Counted from the stretch's first letter, positions 8,871 to 19,532 are shown. The stretch is DNA of 64,000 nt from an uncultured Gammaproteobacteria bacterium (GCA_964596525.1 CAZQUL010000001.1:951723-1015722); one strand, 5' to 3'. Numbers and translations are program-made. Notes: generated by a model from the letters alone, not told the origin.

Positions 8871-11242
8871 ATATAAACCCACTAAAGTTTCAAAGAGATG
8901 CTGTAGATAAGCTAACCCAAACTTATCTAACGCTATGGAAAAAAGAAGGAAGACAGCTTCCTCTCGTTTTCAAAGCACCAACTGGTAGCGGTAAAACATA
9001 CATAACCGCTCTCTTTGTTCGTGGGCTCAATCACTTGCCTCAATGGTCCGAAGATAAGGCGTTTGTTTGGATTACTTTCAGCGATGACCTTGCTATGCAG
9101 AGCAAGGATAAGTTCAGAGAGTATTTTGAAAACACTCTTGAAAATGACCTGCTTACAGTCCAAGATATCAACCGAGGTAAGCTCAATGAAAACGACATTT
9201 TCTTCTTGAACTGGCAAAAAGTTGTGTCAGTATCTGCTGAAAGTAGGACACTACGCCGTCCTGAAGATGAGGAAATGCGTAAGGAAACAGGAAAGTATTT
9301 TGAGGATGTTATTGATGCAACAAAAGCTGACGGACGAGAAATCATCCTTGTTATTGATGAAGCACATACCCACGTTTCAACCGCTCTTGCTCAAAAGATA
9401 GTTGATTACATTGACCCTAAAATCGTTTTGCATATCTCTGCAACGCCTGACAAAGATCTTATCGCTGAAGCGGCTGAAAACGACAGCTATGTAAAAATAG
9501 ACCGTTCGGAAGTGATTGATGAAGGTCTTATCAAGGAAAGCATTGTTCTCCAGAGCGAAGAAGACCTCAAGAAAATGGGGGCTAAAGACCTTGATGAGGT
9601 ATTGCTTCAACTTGGAATGGAAAAGCGAAATGGACTTCTTGATGAATACAAAAAGCTCGGAAAGAAAGTAAATCCATTGATGCTCATACAGTTGCCAAAT
9701 GATGATAAAGAGCTAATGGAAACTGGCGAGCGTACCAAAGAAGAAATCGTGATGTCATTTCTGCTCAAAAATGGCGTAAAAGAGCACAAGATAGCTCGTT
9801 GGTTTGACGGAAGAAAAGAAAATATGAACGGCATCACTGATAACGAAAGCGATGTCGATTTTATGCTTTTCAAACAAGCCGCTGGGACAGGTTGGGATTG
9901 TCCGAGAGCTTCAGTTCTCGTGATGTACCGTGAGGTAAAATCAGATAAGTTTTATACTCAAACGGTTGGGCGTATTCTTCGTATGCCAGAACCACAGCTC
10001 AAGGAAGAGTACAAAGATAGTCCTGTCCTTCGTCGTGGATATCTTTACACAAACTATAAACGAAATCAGGTTCAAATTCCTGATCAAGATGAAAAAAATA
10101 AGGCACTAACTCAATCAGCTTTTAGAAAAAAAGGTATTAAGAATATTGCGCTTCAATCTGATTACATTTCTCGTGTAGATTATGGCGACATTCCTCGATC
10201 ATATAAATTCCAGGAAAGTTTTAAAAAATCTTTTGACGAATACTTCGGTCTTACAAAAAACGACATTCTTGGTAAAGCTCAAGAAAAAATCAAAAAGAAA
10301 GGGCTCGACCTTGAAGGAACTTTACTCAATAAGGTTGTGGCGAATGCAAATTTTGAGGACTTTGAACAGATAGTTTTTGACTTTGCTAAGAAGGGAAAAG
10401 ATATATCTCTTGAAATGTCTGTAAGCGATGTTGAAAAAACTTTCAACTATCTTTGCTATCAACTTTTGAAGGAACAGGACGATGAAAAGGCAAAGTATGC
10501 AAACATAGCTCGTTCTTGGAGTGTGCTTAAATCAGCCATCCGTATCTGGTTCAAAAGTACAATTAGCGATGATAGTAATTACTTCTATAGGATTTTTATT
10601 AAGGATGTTCAGAAAGGATCCGAAAGCGTATTGCGACCTGCTATTACTAAAGCACTTCGTGATTTCAAACCTATCTCTCAAAAGCTTATTGAGGAAAAAA
10701 AGAAAGAAGCAGAAAAAAAAGAGGCACCTATTTTTACTATTCAATCTGAATACCGTTACCCTGATGATTATCGAGAGATTGAACAGTCTCTATGTGCATT
10801 AGATAAGTTTTTTTTGTTGCCTGCTTATCAGGGCAGAGATAATGAGATAAGGTTCGTAAACTATCTTGAAAAAAAGGAAGGGAAAATAGAATGGTGGTTT
10901 AAGAACGGAAATCAGGGTAAAAATTACTTTGCGATCCGTTATATAAATACCGAGAACAGTAAGGAGGAACTATTTTATCCTGACTGGATAATGCTCTTCA
11001 AAAATGGTGTTTTAGGTATCTTCGATACAAAGAAGGGCCGCACTGCTACCGACAACGAAACAGCTTATAAGGCTCGCGCATTACAAGGGAAGCTCAAGGA
11101 ATTCGGTAAGAAATACGTAGGCGGTATTGTCATTGAAGAAGGTGGTGTTTGGTATTACAACGATAATCCTAAGTACAGCTTCATCGAGGGTGAATCTGTA
11201 AATGATAGTAAGGATTGGAAGCCGTTTGAGACTTTGTTTTGA
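8867..11242 (+). CDS. res: Type III restriction endonuclease/helicase subunit (Res)
   Basis: APTGSGKT, DEAH, GWDCPRA and QTVGRILR motifs, with a C-terminal PD...DTK nuclease motif. Confidence 0.9.
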   Translation: MNINPLKFQRDAVDKLTQTYLTLWKKEGRQLPLVFKAPTGSGKTYITALFVRGLNHLPQWSEDKAFVWITFSDDLAMQSKDKFREYFENTLENDLLTVQDINRGKLNENDIFFLNWQKVVSVSAESRTLRRPEDEEMRKETGKYFEDVIDATKADGREIILVIDEAHTHVSTALAQKIVDYIDPKIVLHISATPDKDLIAEAAENDSYVKIDRSEVIDEGLIKESIVLQSEEDLKKMGAKDLDEVLLQLGMEKRNGLLDEYKKLGKKVNPLMLIQLPNDDKELMETGERTKEEIVMSFLLKNGVKEHKIARWFDGRKENMNGITDNESDVDFMLFKQAAGTGWDCPRASVLVMYREVKSDKFYTQTVGRILRMPEPQLKEEYKDSPVLRRGYLYTNYKRNQVQIPDQDEKNKALTQSAFRKKGIKNIALQSDYISRVDYGDIPRSYKFQESFKKSFDEYFGLTKNDILGKAQEKIKKKGLDLEGTLLNKVVANANFEDFEQIVFDFAKKGKDISLEMSVSDVEKTFNYLCYQLLKEQDDEKAKYANIARSWSVLKSAIRIWFKSTISDDSNYFYRIFIKDVQKGSESVLRPAITKALRDFKPISQKLIEEKKKEAEKKEAPIFTIQSEYRYPDDYREIEQSLCALDKFFLLPAYQGRDNEIRFVNYLEKKEGKIEWWFKNGNQGKNYFAIRYINTENSKEELFYPDWIMLFKNGVLGIFDTKKGRTATDNETAYKARALQGKLKEFGKKYVGGIVIEEGGVWYYNDNPKYSFIEGESVNDSKDWKPFETLF

Positions 11243-11246
11243 TACT

Positions 11247-12872
11247 ATGAAAGCCGTTATCCTTGCCCGTGTATCAACCGAAGAACAAAAAGACGCGGGT
11301 AACTCGTTACCGGCTCAAATTGCCCGTCTAGAAGCCTACTGTAAGCGCAAAGGCTTTGAAATTGTTGAAACATACAGTTTTGATGAAAGTGCTTATAAAA
11401 CCAAGCGTGATGAGTTTGATAGGATTTTAGACTTCCTCAAAGAAAAAACAGAAAAGATTGCTGTCTGTTTCGATAAGGTAGACCGCCTCTCTCGTAATGT
11501 CTTTGATAAACGGGTCAGTTTGCTTTACGAAAAAGCTGTGGCCGATGAAATCGAGCTGCATTTTGTTTCTGATAGCCAAGTTATAAGCTCTTCGATGTCG
11601 GCTGGTCAAAAAACACAGTTTGGCATGAACTTAGTAATGGCCAAGTACTATTCAGACGCCATTAGCGATAATGTGCGACGTGTTTTTGAACTTAAAAGGC
11701 GTAATGGCGAATGGCCAGGGCCGCCGCCGCTTGGATACAGAAGCGTTACTAACGAAGTAGGGAGGCGGGATATGATACCCGACTTTGAGCGGGCTCATTT
11801 AATAAAGAAAATGTTCGAGCTCTACAGTACCAATGGTTATTCTATTAGTTCTCTTCAGGAAAAAATGAAGGAGTTAGGATTAAAGAGTAAAGATGGAAAA
11901 ACCGTTTCCAGAAGCCTGATAGACTGGATGCTCAAAAATCCTTTTTACTGCGGTATCGCGCGACCGCGTAGTTCTGCTCCCTATAATCATCGTTATGCCC
12001 CGTTGGTATCTAAGGACTTGTTTGATAGATGCCAGTTTATAGTAAGCGGCAGGAATAAAACTCGCTCTAAAGAAACCTCAAAAGATTTTGTTCTTAAAGG
12101 CATTGTCCACTGTAAGAAGTGTGGCTGTCTTTATAGTCCAGAAATAAAAAGGAAGAAAAGCGGACTTACTTTTACGTACTATAGCTGCACGAATGGAAAG
12201 GGGATTTGTAAACGTGACTACGTACCTGAAGATGTCCTTTTAAAGCCTGTATACGACGCTTTTGGGGATTTTGAGAGTATTTCTGAGGAAACACAGCTTA
12301 AGTTGGTAGAAAAGCTCAGACAGCTTAATGAATTCGAAGTCGAGTATCATGCTAAAGAAATTAAACGCATTCGGGCTGAGTATGATCGTATTCAAAAACG
12401 ATCGGAAGTTTTAATGGATATACGTTTAGACCTTAGTATTACTAAGGACGACTATGACAAAAAACTGCAAGAGCTCAAAGACGCCCAGTACCGCCTTAAT
12501 CTTGAACTAGATGAACATACTAAGGCCGACCATGAGTACCATATTCACTTATCTACTGTATTAAATCTATCTCGTCGGGTTAAACAGATTTTTGATAGTT
12601 CTGAAGTAAACGAAAAGAGGGCTCTGATAAAGTTTTTACTTCAGAACCCTCTTGCGGAAGGAAAAAAGCTTCATTTTCAGCTACGAAAACCGTTTGATAC
12701 GGTACTTCAGTTAGCTCATCGTCCTACGGTGCTCCGAGCGGCGCAGGAACTTCGAACCGTTATTTTAAGCGGTTACAAGTCCTACGAAATGGACGCGGCC
12801 GTCAAAATGCTCCGGGGAGAGGAACCCTTTACCGAGGAAGCGATGAGGTGGATGGAAACGGCGAAGCATTGA
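11247..12872 (+). CDS. Large serine recombinase (LSR1)
   Basis: ARVST catalytic Ser, DRLSR, recombinase domain (NPFYCG), CxxC...YYSC...C zinc ribbon and coiled coil. Confidence 0.95.
   Translation: MKAVILARVSTEEQKDAGNSLPAQIARLEAYCKRKGFEIVETYSFDESAYKTKRDEFDRILDFLKEKTEKIAVCFDKVDRLSRNVFDKRVSLLYEKAVADEIELHFVSDSQVISSSMSAGQKTQFGMNLVMAKYYSDAISDNVRRVFELKRRNGEWPGPPPLGYRSVTNEVGRRDMIPDFERAHLIKKMFELYSTNGYSISSLQEKMKELGLKSKDGKTVSRSLIDWMLKNPFYCGIARPRSSAPYNHRYAPLVSKDLFDRCQFIVSGRNKTRSKETSKDFVLKGIVHCKKCGCLYSPEIKRKKSGLTFTYYSCTNGKGICKRDYVPEDVLLKPVYDAFGDFESISEETQLKLVEKLRQLNEFEVEYHAKEIKRIRAEYDRIQKRSEVLMDIRLDLSITKDDYDKKLQELKDAQYRLNLELDEHTKADHEYHIHLSTVLNLSRRVKQIFDSSEVNEKRALIKFLLQNPLAEGKKLHFQLRKPFDTVLQLAHRPTVLRAAQELRTVILSGYKSYEMDAAVKMLRGEEPFTEEAMRWMETAKH
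12731..12758. other. Putative att junction between elements 1 and 2
   Basis: GCTCCG-N14-TTCGAACC here versus GCTCCG-N9-TTCGAACC at the tRNA 3' end (23427-23449). An alternative core, GCTCCGGGG, lies at 12809-12817. Confidence 0.6.
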
Positions 12873-12878
12873 ACTGCG

Positions 12879-13274
12879 CTACCTGAAATTCACAGAAAAA
12901 TTATACATTCCCATACTGCAAAGACCCCGCAATGTCCCCGATTGCGGAGTACCAAGATCAATAACTTCTTCTCCGGTTTGAGGCAAAATCTTTTGGTAGC
13001 CAATCGACCTGATAACTAACGCCGCGGAACAATCATATGTTCCGTTTGTTTTAACAACCAACTTCGTCGGAATGTTGGCCTGGGCTGTAGATACTGCGGG
13101 AGAATATCCGCCACGAGCGTTTATGGTGACATACTGGACGCCATCTCGTATTTCAACATTTTGTGCAGACTGCGTATCACTCGATCCGGAGTTATTTTTT
13201 GACTGCCCAAGAAACACGATGCCAATACCTACGACAAGTGCGATTGCGATGATAATTGAAGCGGTTTTATTCAT
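12879..13274 (-). CDS. Membrane-anchored cupredoxin-like protein
   Basis: N-terminal TM, GGYSP, DC and CSMGMY motifs. Last gene of the copper operon. Confidence 0.8.
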   Translation of the reverse strand: MNKTASIIIAIALVVGIGIVFLGQSKNNSGSSDTQSAQNVEIRDGVQYVTINARGGYSPAVSTAQANIPTKLVVKTNGTYDCSAALVIRSIGYQKILPQTGEEVIDLGTPQSGTLRGLCSMGMYNFSVNFR

Positions 13275-13281
13275 AAAGTGA

Positions 13282-14289
13282 TTATATGTTAAATAGTGGA
13301 TTAATAATTCCGAGTCCGGCAAGTCCGGCGAGGAGTGCAAACAATCCAAGACCGATCACGACCACTCCTGCGGATTTGAAAAATAACGGTGCGTGTTTTC
13401 CATGCGCGAATGATGCCGATCCGAAGGAAAGGAGAACGAGCATGGGCAGTGTTCCAAGCGCGAACGCAAGCATTAAAAGGAGGCCGGACATAAATGAGCC
13501 GCTTCCGAGTGCAGAAACCTGCATTGACTGTGTAAATCCGCACGGCAGAAAGAAAGTGGCGAAACCCAAGATGAGCGGCGTTAGGGTTTTGTACTCTATT
13601 TTTCTAAAGAAATTGAAAATCCCTGAGGGTAATGCGATTTTATTCTTTGCAAATACGCCGACCAAATTTAACCCGAGCAACAGCATAACGATGGAAGCCA
13701 GAAGTCCCAAGATCGATGTAAGGGTAAAGTTGATGCCGATGGCACTGCCAAGCGCACCGAGAACCCCTCCCAGCACCGCAAAGCTAACCAATCTGCCTAT
13801 ATGAAAAAGTGTAAATGTTTTAGTGTCGCTGACATTGTCCTGCGATACTTTGGCCGAAAGGGACAGAACTAAACCGCCGACAATGGCAAGGCAACTAGAA
13901 ACCGAGGCGATGAGCCCGATAATAAAACTTGTCACCGGAGTCGTTTGACCACCAATGCCAAGGTTTAAAATTCCTGATTTCTGCACAAAGAAAAAGAGAG
14001 CCAGGAATGCCAGACCAATAGGCAATGCCTGCCAAATGACACTATTATCTTTCTTCTCTTCGGCTTTTTTCTCAACGGAGAGAGAATAACCGTTGTGGTG
14101 TATTTTCTCAGTCAATATTTCTGCAAGTCTGTGCTGACTCTCATCCAACGTTGTGTCGATTGAGACGATCTCTCGCTTCAAATCTACACTGGCGCGATCA
14201 ATGCCAATTTGCTCGTTCAAAGTATCTTCAATGAAGATTTTGCACGAAGCGCAATGAGTACCGGAAACGTGGAATGTGTATGTTTTCAT
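13282..14289 (-). CDS. HMA domain + DsbD_2/TauE-like membrane protein
   Basis: GTHCASC metal-binding loop, SSCLAIVGG and LPCGFTQ motifs, multiple TM segments. Confidence 0.85.
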   Translation of the reverse strand: MKTYTFHVSGTHCASCKIFIEDTLNEQIGIDRASVDLKREIVSIDTTLDESQHRLAEILTEKIHHNGYSLSVEKKAEEKKDNSVIWQALPIGLAFLALFFFVQKSGILNLGIGGQTTPVTSFIIGLIASVSSCLAIVGGLVLSLSAKVSQDNVSDTKTFTLFHIGRLVSFAVLGGVLGALGSAIGINFTLTSILGLLASIVMLLLGLNLVGVFAKNKIALPSGIFNFFRKIEYKTLTPLILGFATFFLPCGFTQSMQVSALGSGSFMSGLLLMLAFALGTLPMLVLLSFGSASFAHGKHAPLFFKSAGVVVIGLGLFALLAGLAGLGIINPLFNI

Positions 14290-14291
14290 AA

Positions 14292-16586
14292 TTATAGTTT
14301 TTTAGCTTTAATGCGAAGCGAATTCGACACAACTGATACGCTCGACATCGCCATGGCGAAACCGGCAAAAACTGGATTCAAGAGCCATCCAAAGACCGGG
14401 TACAAAGCTCCTGCCGCAAGAGGAATACCGACAATGTTATAGATGAATGCCCAGAACAGGTTCTGCTTGATACCTCGCATGGTGATCTTTGAAAGCTTGA
14501 TCGCCTTAACAAGCTTTGAGATATCGCCACCAAGAAGCGTAATACCGGCTGATTCTATGGCAACATCAGTGCCGGTCCCCATAGCAATACCAACGTCTGC
14601 CTGAGCGAGTGCTGGGGCGTCGTTTACGCCGTCACCGGCCATTGCCACCACCCAACCTTGCGACTGCAACGCTTTTATTTTTTCAAGCTTATCCTGTGGC
14701 AGTACGTGGGCGACAACGTCATCAATGCCAACGAGTGAGCCGATGTATTTGGCAGCTTTTTCATCGTCGCCGGTGAGCATGACCACTTTGATTCCAAGAG
14801 CATGGAGGTTCTTAACCGCTTCGACCGACTCATCTTTTATTTCATCGGCTACCATGACAAAGCCAAGGACCTTCTCTTTCGTGGCAACGATCACCGGAGT
14901 TTTCCCTTGAGACGTAAACTCATTCAGCTTCGCCGCATCAAAAGAAATATTCAGATCGCTTATGAGCTTTGCATTGCCGACAAGGTATTCCGTGTTTTTA
15001 ATCACTCCTTTAAGCCCCTTACCTTGTATGCCCTCGAAGTTTGAAACATCGAATACAGGGATATTTTTCTCCACTGCGTAATTCACTACCGCATGAGCGA
15101 TCGGATGTTCTGATTTTTTCTCAAGCGATGCCAAAATTGATACCAGATCATCGTCTTTTATATTGGAAAGATTTTGTATATCAACAAGGGTCGGCTTTCC
15201 GATGGTGATCGTTCCAGTTTTATCAACAACAACCGCATTTACTTTATGGAGTTTCTCAAGAGTCGCGGCATCTTTAATAAGAATGCCTTCTTTTGCTCCC
15301 TTGCCGACGCCAACGATAATCGCCGTCGGCGTGGCAAGACCAAGAGCGCAGGGACACGCAATAACGAGAATCCCAACAAAGGAGACTAGACCGAAGGAGA
15401 GGGCTTGAGAAAAGCCTAAGTATTGCGATCCGACAATGAGCCAAGCACCAAGAGCAAGAAAAGCGATTACCAGAACAATAGGCACAAAAACCGACGAGAT
15501 TTTGTCCGCAAGAGCTTGTATCGGGGCTTTGCTTCCTTGGGCATCCTCGACCATTTTGATGATCTGGGCGAGCAATGTTTCCGACCCGACTTTTGTCGCT
15601 TTGAACGTAAACGAACCGCTGGTATTGATCGTTCCGGAAACGACACTATCGCTAATCTTTTTCTGCACCGGCATCGGCTCTCCGGTGACCATAGATTCGT
15701 CAACAAAAGAACTGCCATCGGTTATCACTCCATCCACCGGGATTTTTGCGCCCGGCTTAACGATGATCAGATCGCCATGCTTTACCTCATTGACCGATAT
15801 TTCTATTTCTTTGCCATCGCGGATAACGAGTGCGGTTTTGGCTTGCAAGTTAAGAAGTTTTTCTATGGCATCTCCCGTCTTGATTTTTGATCGAGCCTCC
15901 AAATATTTACCAAGCGCAATAAAAGTAATGACCACGATCGTCACATCGTAGTATTGATAATCGACATTTATAAAAGGCTGTAGCGTCTCCTCAAAAGCTG
16001 TGACGGCGAAACTGTATAAAAAGGCGGCAACAGTTCCAATGCCGATCAGTGTGTCCATGTTAGCCTTGCCGTAGCGGAGGAATCTATAAAAACCAAGCAA
16101 GTACGGCTTGCCAACCACAAAAAGGACATACGTTGCCATTAAAGGCAGGAGGTGATGAAAAAACTCCCTCACTACTGACCCCATCTCTGACACCACTCCG
16201 TACTCCGCAAGGATATCCCAGCCCATGACAAAGGCAGCAAAAATCGCAATAGGTATGGCCGAAAGCACTTTAGTTTTCATATCCGCAACCTCGGCGAGCT
16301 TTTCTTTCTTGGACTGATTTAATCCCAAATGTGCCGCATGTTCGCCCTCGGACATTCCCATCTCCTGGGCGGTGGAGGGAATCTCTAAAGAATAGCCAAG
16401 TGGTTCGATTTGCTTGGAAAGATCGTGAGGATTCGTCTTGGACGGATCAAAAGAAACCTTGGCTTTTTCCGTGCCATAATTCACCTCCGCAGATTGCACC
16501 CCATCAACTTTCTTGAACGTCTTCTCGATGACCGAGGAACAGGAGGCGCAATGCATGCCTTTCACTTTGTAGGTTTGCGTATGCAT
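14292..16586 (-). CDS. copA: Copper-translocating P1B-type ATPase
   Basis: [37 protein letters not shown] and MAMSS motifs. Confidence 0.95.
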   Translation of the reverse strand: MHTQTYKVKGMHCASCSSVIEKTFKKVDGVQSAEVNYGTEKAKVSFDPSKTNPHDLSKQIEPLGYSLEIPSTAQEMGMSEGEHAAHLGLNQSKKEKLAEVADMKTKVLSAIPIAIFAAFVMGWDILAEYGVVSEMGSVVREFFHHLLPLMATYVLFVVGKPYLLGFYRFLRYGKANMDTLIGIGTVAAFLYSFAVTAFEETLQPFINVDYQYYDVTIVVITFIALGKYLEARSKIKTGDAIEKLLNLQAKTALVIRDGKEIEISVNEVKHGDLIIVKPGAKIPVDGVITDGSSFVDESMVTGEPMPVQKKISDSVVSGTINTSGSFTFKATKVGSETLLAQIIKMVEDAQGSKAPIQALADKISSVFVPIVLVIAFLALGAWLIVGSQYLGFSQALSFGLVSFVGILVIACPCALGLATPTAIIVGVGKGAKEGILIKDAATLEKLHKVNAVVVDKTGTITIGKPTLVDIQNLSNIKDDDLVSILASLEKKSEHPIAHAVVNYAVEKNIPVFDVSNFEGIQGKGLKGVIKNTEYLVGNAKLISDLNISFDAAKLNEFTSQGKTPVIVATKEKVLGFVMVADEIKDESVEAVKNLHALGIKVVMLTGDDEKAAKYIGSLVGIDDVVAHVLPQDKLEKIKALQSQGWVVAMAGDGVNDAPALAQADVGIAMGTGTDVAIESAGITLLGGDISKLVKAIKLSKITMRGIKQNLFWAFIYNIVGIPLAAGALYPVFGWLLNPVFAGFAMAMSSVSVVSNSLRIKAKKL

Positions 16587-16587
16587 A

Positions 16588-16863
16588 TTATTTTCTCTTT
16601 AACTTATACACCTTGATAATTTCTTCCTTGGCCTTTTTCGTTTGGCCGGATTGCATCTGATGGAAAACACAATGCCCGAGGTGATTTTCAAGGAGTAAGT
16701 CTTCGACATTAGACAAGCCCTGTTTTACCGCCGACGTCTGGGTAATGACATCGATGCAGTAGGTGTCGTTTTCTACCATTTTTTGGAGGCCTCGCACCTG
16801 ACCTTCCAAAAGCTTGAGGCGGCGCACGACTTTCGTCTTATTATTTTCGTCCATGTATTTCAT
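16588..16863 (-). CDS. csoR: CsoR/RcnR-family metal-sensing repressor
   Basis: [28 protein letters not shown]. Confidence 0.9.
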   Translation of the reverse strand: MKYMDENNKTKVVRRLKLLEGQVRGLQKMVENDTYCIDVITQTSAVKQGLSNVEDLLLENHLGHCVFHQMQSGQTKKAKEEIIKVYKLKRK

Positions 16864-16870
16864 ATATAAA

Positions 16871-16898
16871 CAAGTATACCCCCTAGGGGGTATACTTG
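16871..16898. promoter_or_regulatory. CsoR operator
   Basis: Perfect 28-bp palindrome CAAGTATACCCCCTAGGGGGTATACTTG with C/G tracts, directly upstream of csoR. Confidence 0.85.
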
Positions 16899-16926
16899 CA
16901 AGTGTGGATAATTAAAGGTTGTCCGT

Positions 16927-17211
16927 TTATTGCTTGTCCTTAGACGGTCCCCACTGCCAGCGCGGTTTTTCTCCTTTCCAATAACCGAAAGTAAATACAA
17001 GTGCGATCATCAGCAGAAAGCCCAGAAGTGCTGCGCCAGGCGCGTCATCGGTTTCTCCGACATAAACACCGTCAATAAGAATGGCTAAGCCGATAGCGAC
17101 TACAAGCCATCCCTGCCATTTCACCGGCACCCAGCCCCAGCCATAGAGCCGTGCCTTGAACCAGTAGCCCTGCGGATTGTCTTTGAGATAAGCAATATAT
17201 TTTTTGATCAT
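16927..17211 (-). CDS. Small Trp-rich two-TM membrane protein
   Basis: WFKARLYGWGWVPVKWQGW, two hydrophobic segments, GEKPRWQWG. Confidence 0.7.
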   Translation of the reverse strand: MIKKYIAYLKDNPQGYWFKARLYGWGWVPVKWQGWLVVAIGLAILIDGVYVGETDDAPGAALLGFLLMIALVFTFGYWKGEKPRWQWGPSKDKQ

Positions 17212-17267
17212 AATATTAATATCAACTGTTTTGCTCTTTTTGTTGATATTCGGTATACAGATATCAA

Positions 17268-17570
17268 CTATTTGATGCCTGTATTATGTTCTAGTAATTT
17301 CTCGGCCGGGGAGATGCCGCTAAGAACCTTGTGCGGAAAGTAATTCCAGGCGTCGGTTACCAGCTCGAGAACATTTTCAATTTCGGTGGCGTCACCACCA
17401 CGGTCAAACATAGCCACGACTTTCATCATGTCGTCGCTTTCTTCCTTGTTATAAATGGCATCCCGGACATGATCCAAAGTAAAATTGCTCTCAGTTTCTT
17501 TGAGCATATCCACGAGCTCCTGCTCGATTTCTTTCCGCCGTTCAATAATTTGTTGTTTTGATTCCGTCAT
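17268..17570 (-). CDS. Hypothetical protein
   Basis: 100-aa ORF with DAWNYFPH..L.G.SP motif, collinear with its neighbours. Confidence 0.7.
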   Translation of the reverse strand: MTESKQQIIERRKEIEQELVDMLKETESNFTLDHVRDAIYNKEESDDMMKVVAMFDRGGDATEIENVLELVTDAWNYFPHKVLSGISPAEKLLEHNTGIK

Positions 17571-17577
17571 ACCTTAA

Positions 17578-17913
17578 TTACAATTGTTTTATTGGTATTT
17601 TTGAATCTTTTAAAAATCTTGTCAGTGTTCTTTTTTCCGCACCACTGTTGCTACCCGAATGGCGTTGCTGGCCAGTCCTTTTGTTGCAGTAGGTAATGAA
17701 CAGTTTATGACGCGCGCGCGTCATGGATACATAAAGCAATCTGCGCTCATCTCCTTCTTTTTCACCCGTATTGCGACCCGGGATAAATTCGTCCTCAGCT
17801 CCAACAATGAAACAAATATCAAAGGTAAGACCTTTAGCTTGATGCATAGTAAGAATGTTAACTGCGTTATCTTTTGTCTCTTGCTCAATCATTTCTGATG
17901 ACGAACTAACAGC
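17578..17913 (-). pseudogene. C-terminal fragment of a UvrD/REP helicase, truncated by IS3
   Basis: TMHQAKGLTF and ERRLLYVSMTRAR (SF1 motifs V/VI). The frame runs into the IS end at 17914. Confidence 0.8.
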
Positions 17914-17970
17914 TGATCCAACCCCCTCAGAGGAAACAATCGATACGCGGTTTTAAGGTATACTAGCCGC

Positions 17971-18252
17971 ATGAAAAAAAGAAAAAAATATTCAGCCGAA
18001 ACCAAGGCTAAAGCGGTGCTCTCTTTCCTGAAGGGAGAGCAGACGCTTGTCGAGATAGCCAAGGACTTGGAAATCCACCCAGGCATGGTCTCCAAATGGC
18101 ACCAGACTTTTCTGGAGGCCGCTCCTGCCGCTTTCGGCCAGGAAGATGATTCCAGAGAAAAGGAGGAAAAGATTGCTGAACTTGAGCGGATGGTGGGCAA
18201 ACTCACCGCCCAAAACGAGTTTTTAAAAAAAGCCTCGGGCAGAATCGTCTGA
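17971..18252 (+). CDS. IS3 transposase OrfA (HTH)
   Basis: RKKYSAETKAKAV..EIA..W, leucine zipper, ending FLKKA. Confidence 0.9.
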   Translation: MKKRKKYSAETKAKAVLSFLKGEQTLVEIAKDLEIHPGMVSKWHQTFLEAAPAAFGQEDDSREKEEKIAELERMVGKLTAQNEFLKKASGRIV

Positions 18253-19127
18253 GCAAGGCAGAGAAGAAAAAGCTCATTGAAAAGGAAAGAAACGGCCATC
18301 CGGTTTCCTGGTTCCTCTCTCTGATCGGCCTCTCATCCAAAAGCTGGTATGAAAAGGAGGAAGAGAAAGACGAAACCGAAGATCTCTCCTGGAAGAAAGA
18401 AATCGAGAATGTGCTCTCTCTGTTCCCGTATTACGGCTACATCAAGGTGACCAAGGAACTCCGGAGAAAAGGATTCTGGGTGAACAAGAAGAAAATCCAG
18501 CGATTGATGCAGAAGTACCACTTGACCCAGAAAAGACGCAAGTGGAAGCCGTATACCACCGATTCCAGGCATTTGCTGCCGATATATCCGAACTTGATCA
18601 AGGAAATCGAGCCGCTCTTTCCTGATCACATCTGGGTGGGAGACATCACCTACATCAGACTACCGGTCGGCTTCTGTTATCTGGCTGTCATCCTGGATGT
18701 TTTCACCAGAAAGCCGAGAGGCTGGGCTCTCATGAACACTCTGCAGACCGTGCTCATCATGACTGCCCTGGAGATGGCTCTGCAAACCGGTATCCCGAAG
18801 TATCACCATTCAGACCGGGGCAGACAGTATTGCAGTTACGATTACACCGGAAGGCTAAAAGAAAAAAGCGTCCAGATCAGCATGTCGGAGGTCGGCAAGT
18901 CAGTGGACAATGCTTATGCCGAATCTTTTTTCCGGACCCTCAAAGTCGAAGAGGTGTATCTCAACGAATACCGAGACATCGAGGAGGCCAGAGCTTCCAT
19001 TCATGAGTTCATTGACATCGTGTATACTACCAAAAGACTTCATGCCTCCTTGGACTACCAAACTCCCGAGGAGTTTGAAGATCTGTATTTCAAAGGTCGA
19101 ACCCCATTAACAGCCAACACACCTTAA
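18228..19127 (+). CDS. IS3 transposase OrfB (DDE), reached by -1 frameshift at A AAA AAA (18225-18231)
   Basis: WVGDITY, HHSDRGRQY, DNAYAESFFRTLK motifs. The -1 frame is open from the slippery site. Confidence 0.88.
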   Translation, partial: KSLGQNRLSKAEKKKLIEKERNGHPVSWFLSLIGLSSKSWYEKEEEKDETEDLSWKKEIENVLSLFPYYGYIKVTKELRRKGFWVNKKKIQRLMQKYHLTQKRRKWKPYTTDSRHLLPIYPNLIKEIEPLFPDHIWVGDITYIRLPVGFCYLAVILDVFTRKPRGWALMNTLQTVLIMTALEMALQTGIPKYHHSDRGRQYCSYDYTGRLKEKSVQISMSEVGKSVDNAYAESFFRTLKVEEVYLNEYRDIEEARASIHEFIDIVYTTKRLHASLDYQTPEEFEDLYFKGRTPLTANTP

Positions 19128-19255
19128 TTCCGCCATTCGGCTGTTTCCAAAGCGGGGGTTGGATCATTTCGCAGAAAACCAGAATTGCATAAATAATTCC
19201 CCTCAACTTCCTGTCAACTTTTGTCAGACAAATTCTTGTCCACAGCAAACAGCTC

Positions 19256-19284
19256 TTGCGGCGTTTTTCCAGATCGGCTAAAAT
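19256..19284 (+). promoter_or_regulatory. sigma70-type promoter of the element-2 core operon
   Basis: TTGCGG-N17-TAAAAT. Confidence 0.55.
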
Positions 19285-19290
19285 AAATAC

Positions 19291-19532
19291 ATCAGAGTTA
19301 GTTGGTCTGACGGCGACTGAATTCTCAGTCTAAACGTGACGGGGCTACGACTTCTGTTATCAAACCTTTCCGCTTTATTGTGGATCGGGACTTGATGACA
19401 AGAGTCGTGGTCCCTTTTTTCGTTTCTAACTAGCTTTGCAATAATTTTCCCTCTGAGGCTAAGGTGCCCAGATTAGACTGACGAATTTGATTAGACAGAT
19501 AAAGGCTAGCTCCCAGCAGGGGCCAGCCTTTT
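19291..19532 (+). ncRNA. Structured RNA / regulatory leader (unassigned family)
   Basis: Closing stem 19294-19305/19426-19437, hairpin 19315-19330, a 23-bp stem 19341-19363/19392-19414 with four G.U pairs and a U6 tail, and a final hairpin 19501-19531 abutting the ATG. Confidence 0.6.

Larger units (their letters stand above)
1..12736. mobile_element. Integrative element 1 (Rep-like, Xis-like HTH, type III R-M, LSR); left end not visible
   Basis: AT-rich block with replication, excisionase and recombinase genes, ending at an att-like junction at 12731 inside LSR1. Whether 1-4460 belongs to the same element is uncertain. Confidence 0.6.
17914..19166 (+). mobile_element. IS3-family insertion sequence (1253 bp)
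   Basis: Terminal IRs TGATCCAACCCCC..GGAAACA..CGA...GCGG at both ends (TG...CA), orfA/orfB organisation. No target-site duplication seen. Confidence 0.92.

Noticed and set aside
17889-18629. Minus-strand ORFs inside the IS
   Set aside because: They are shadows of orfA/orfB.
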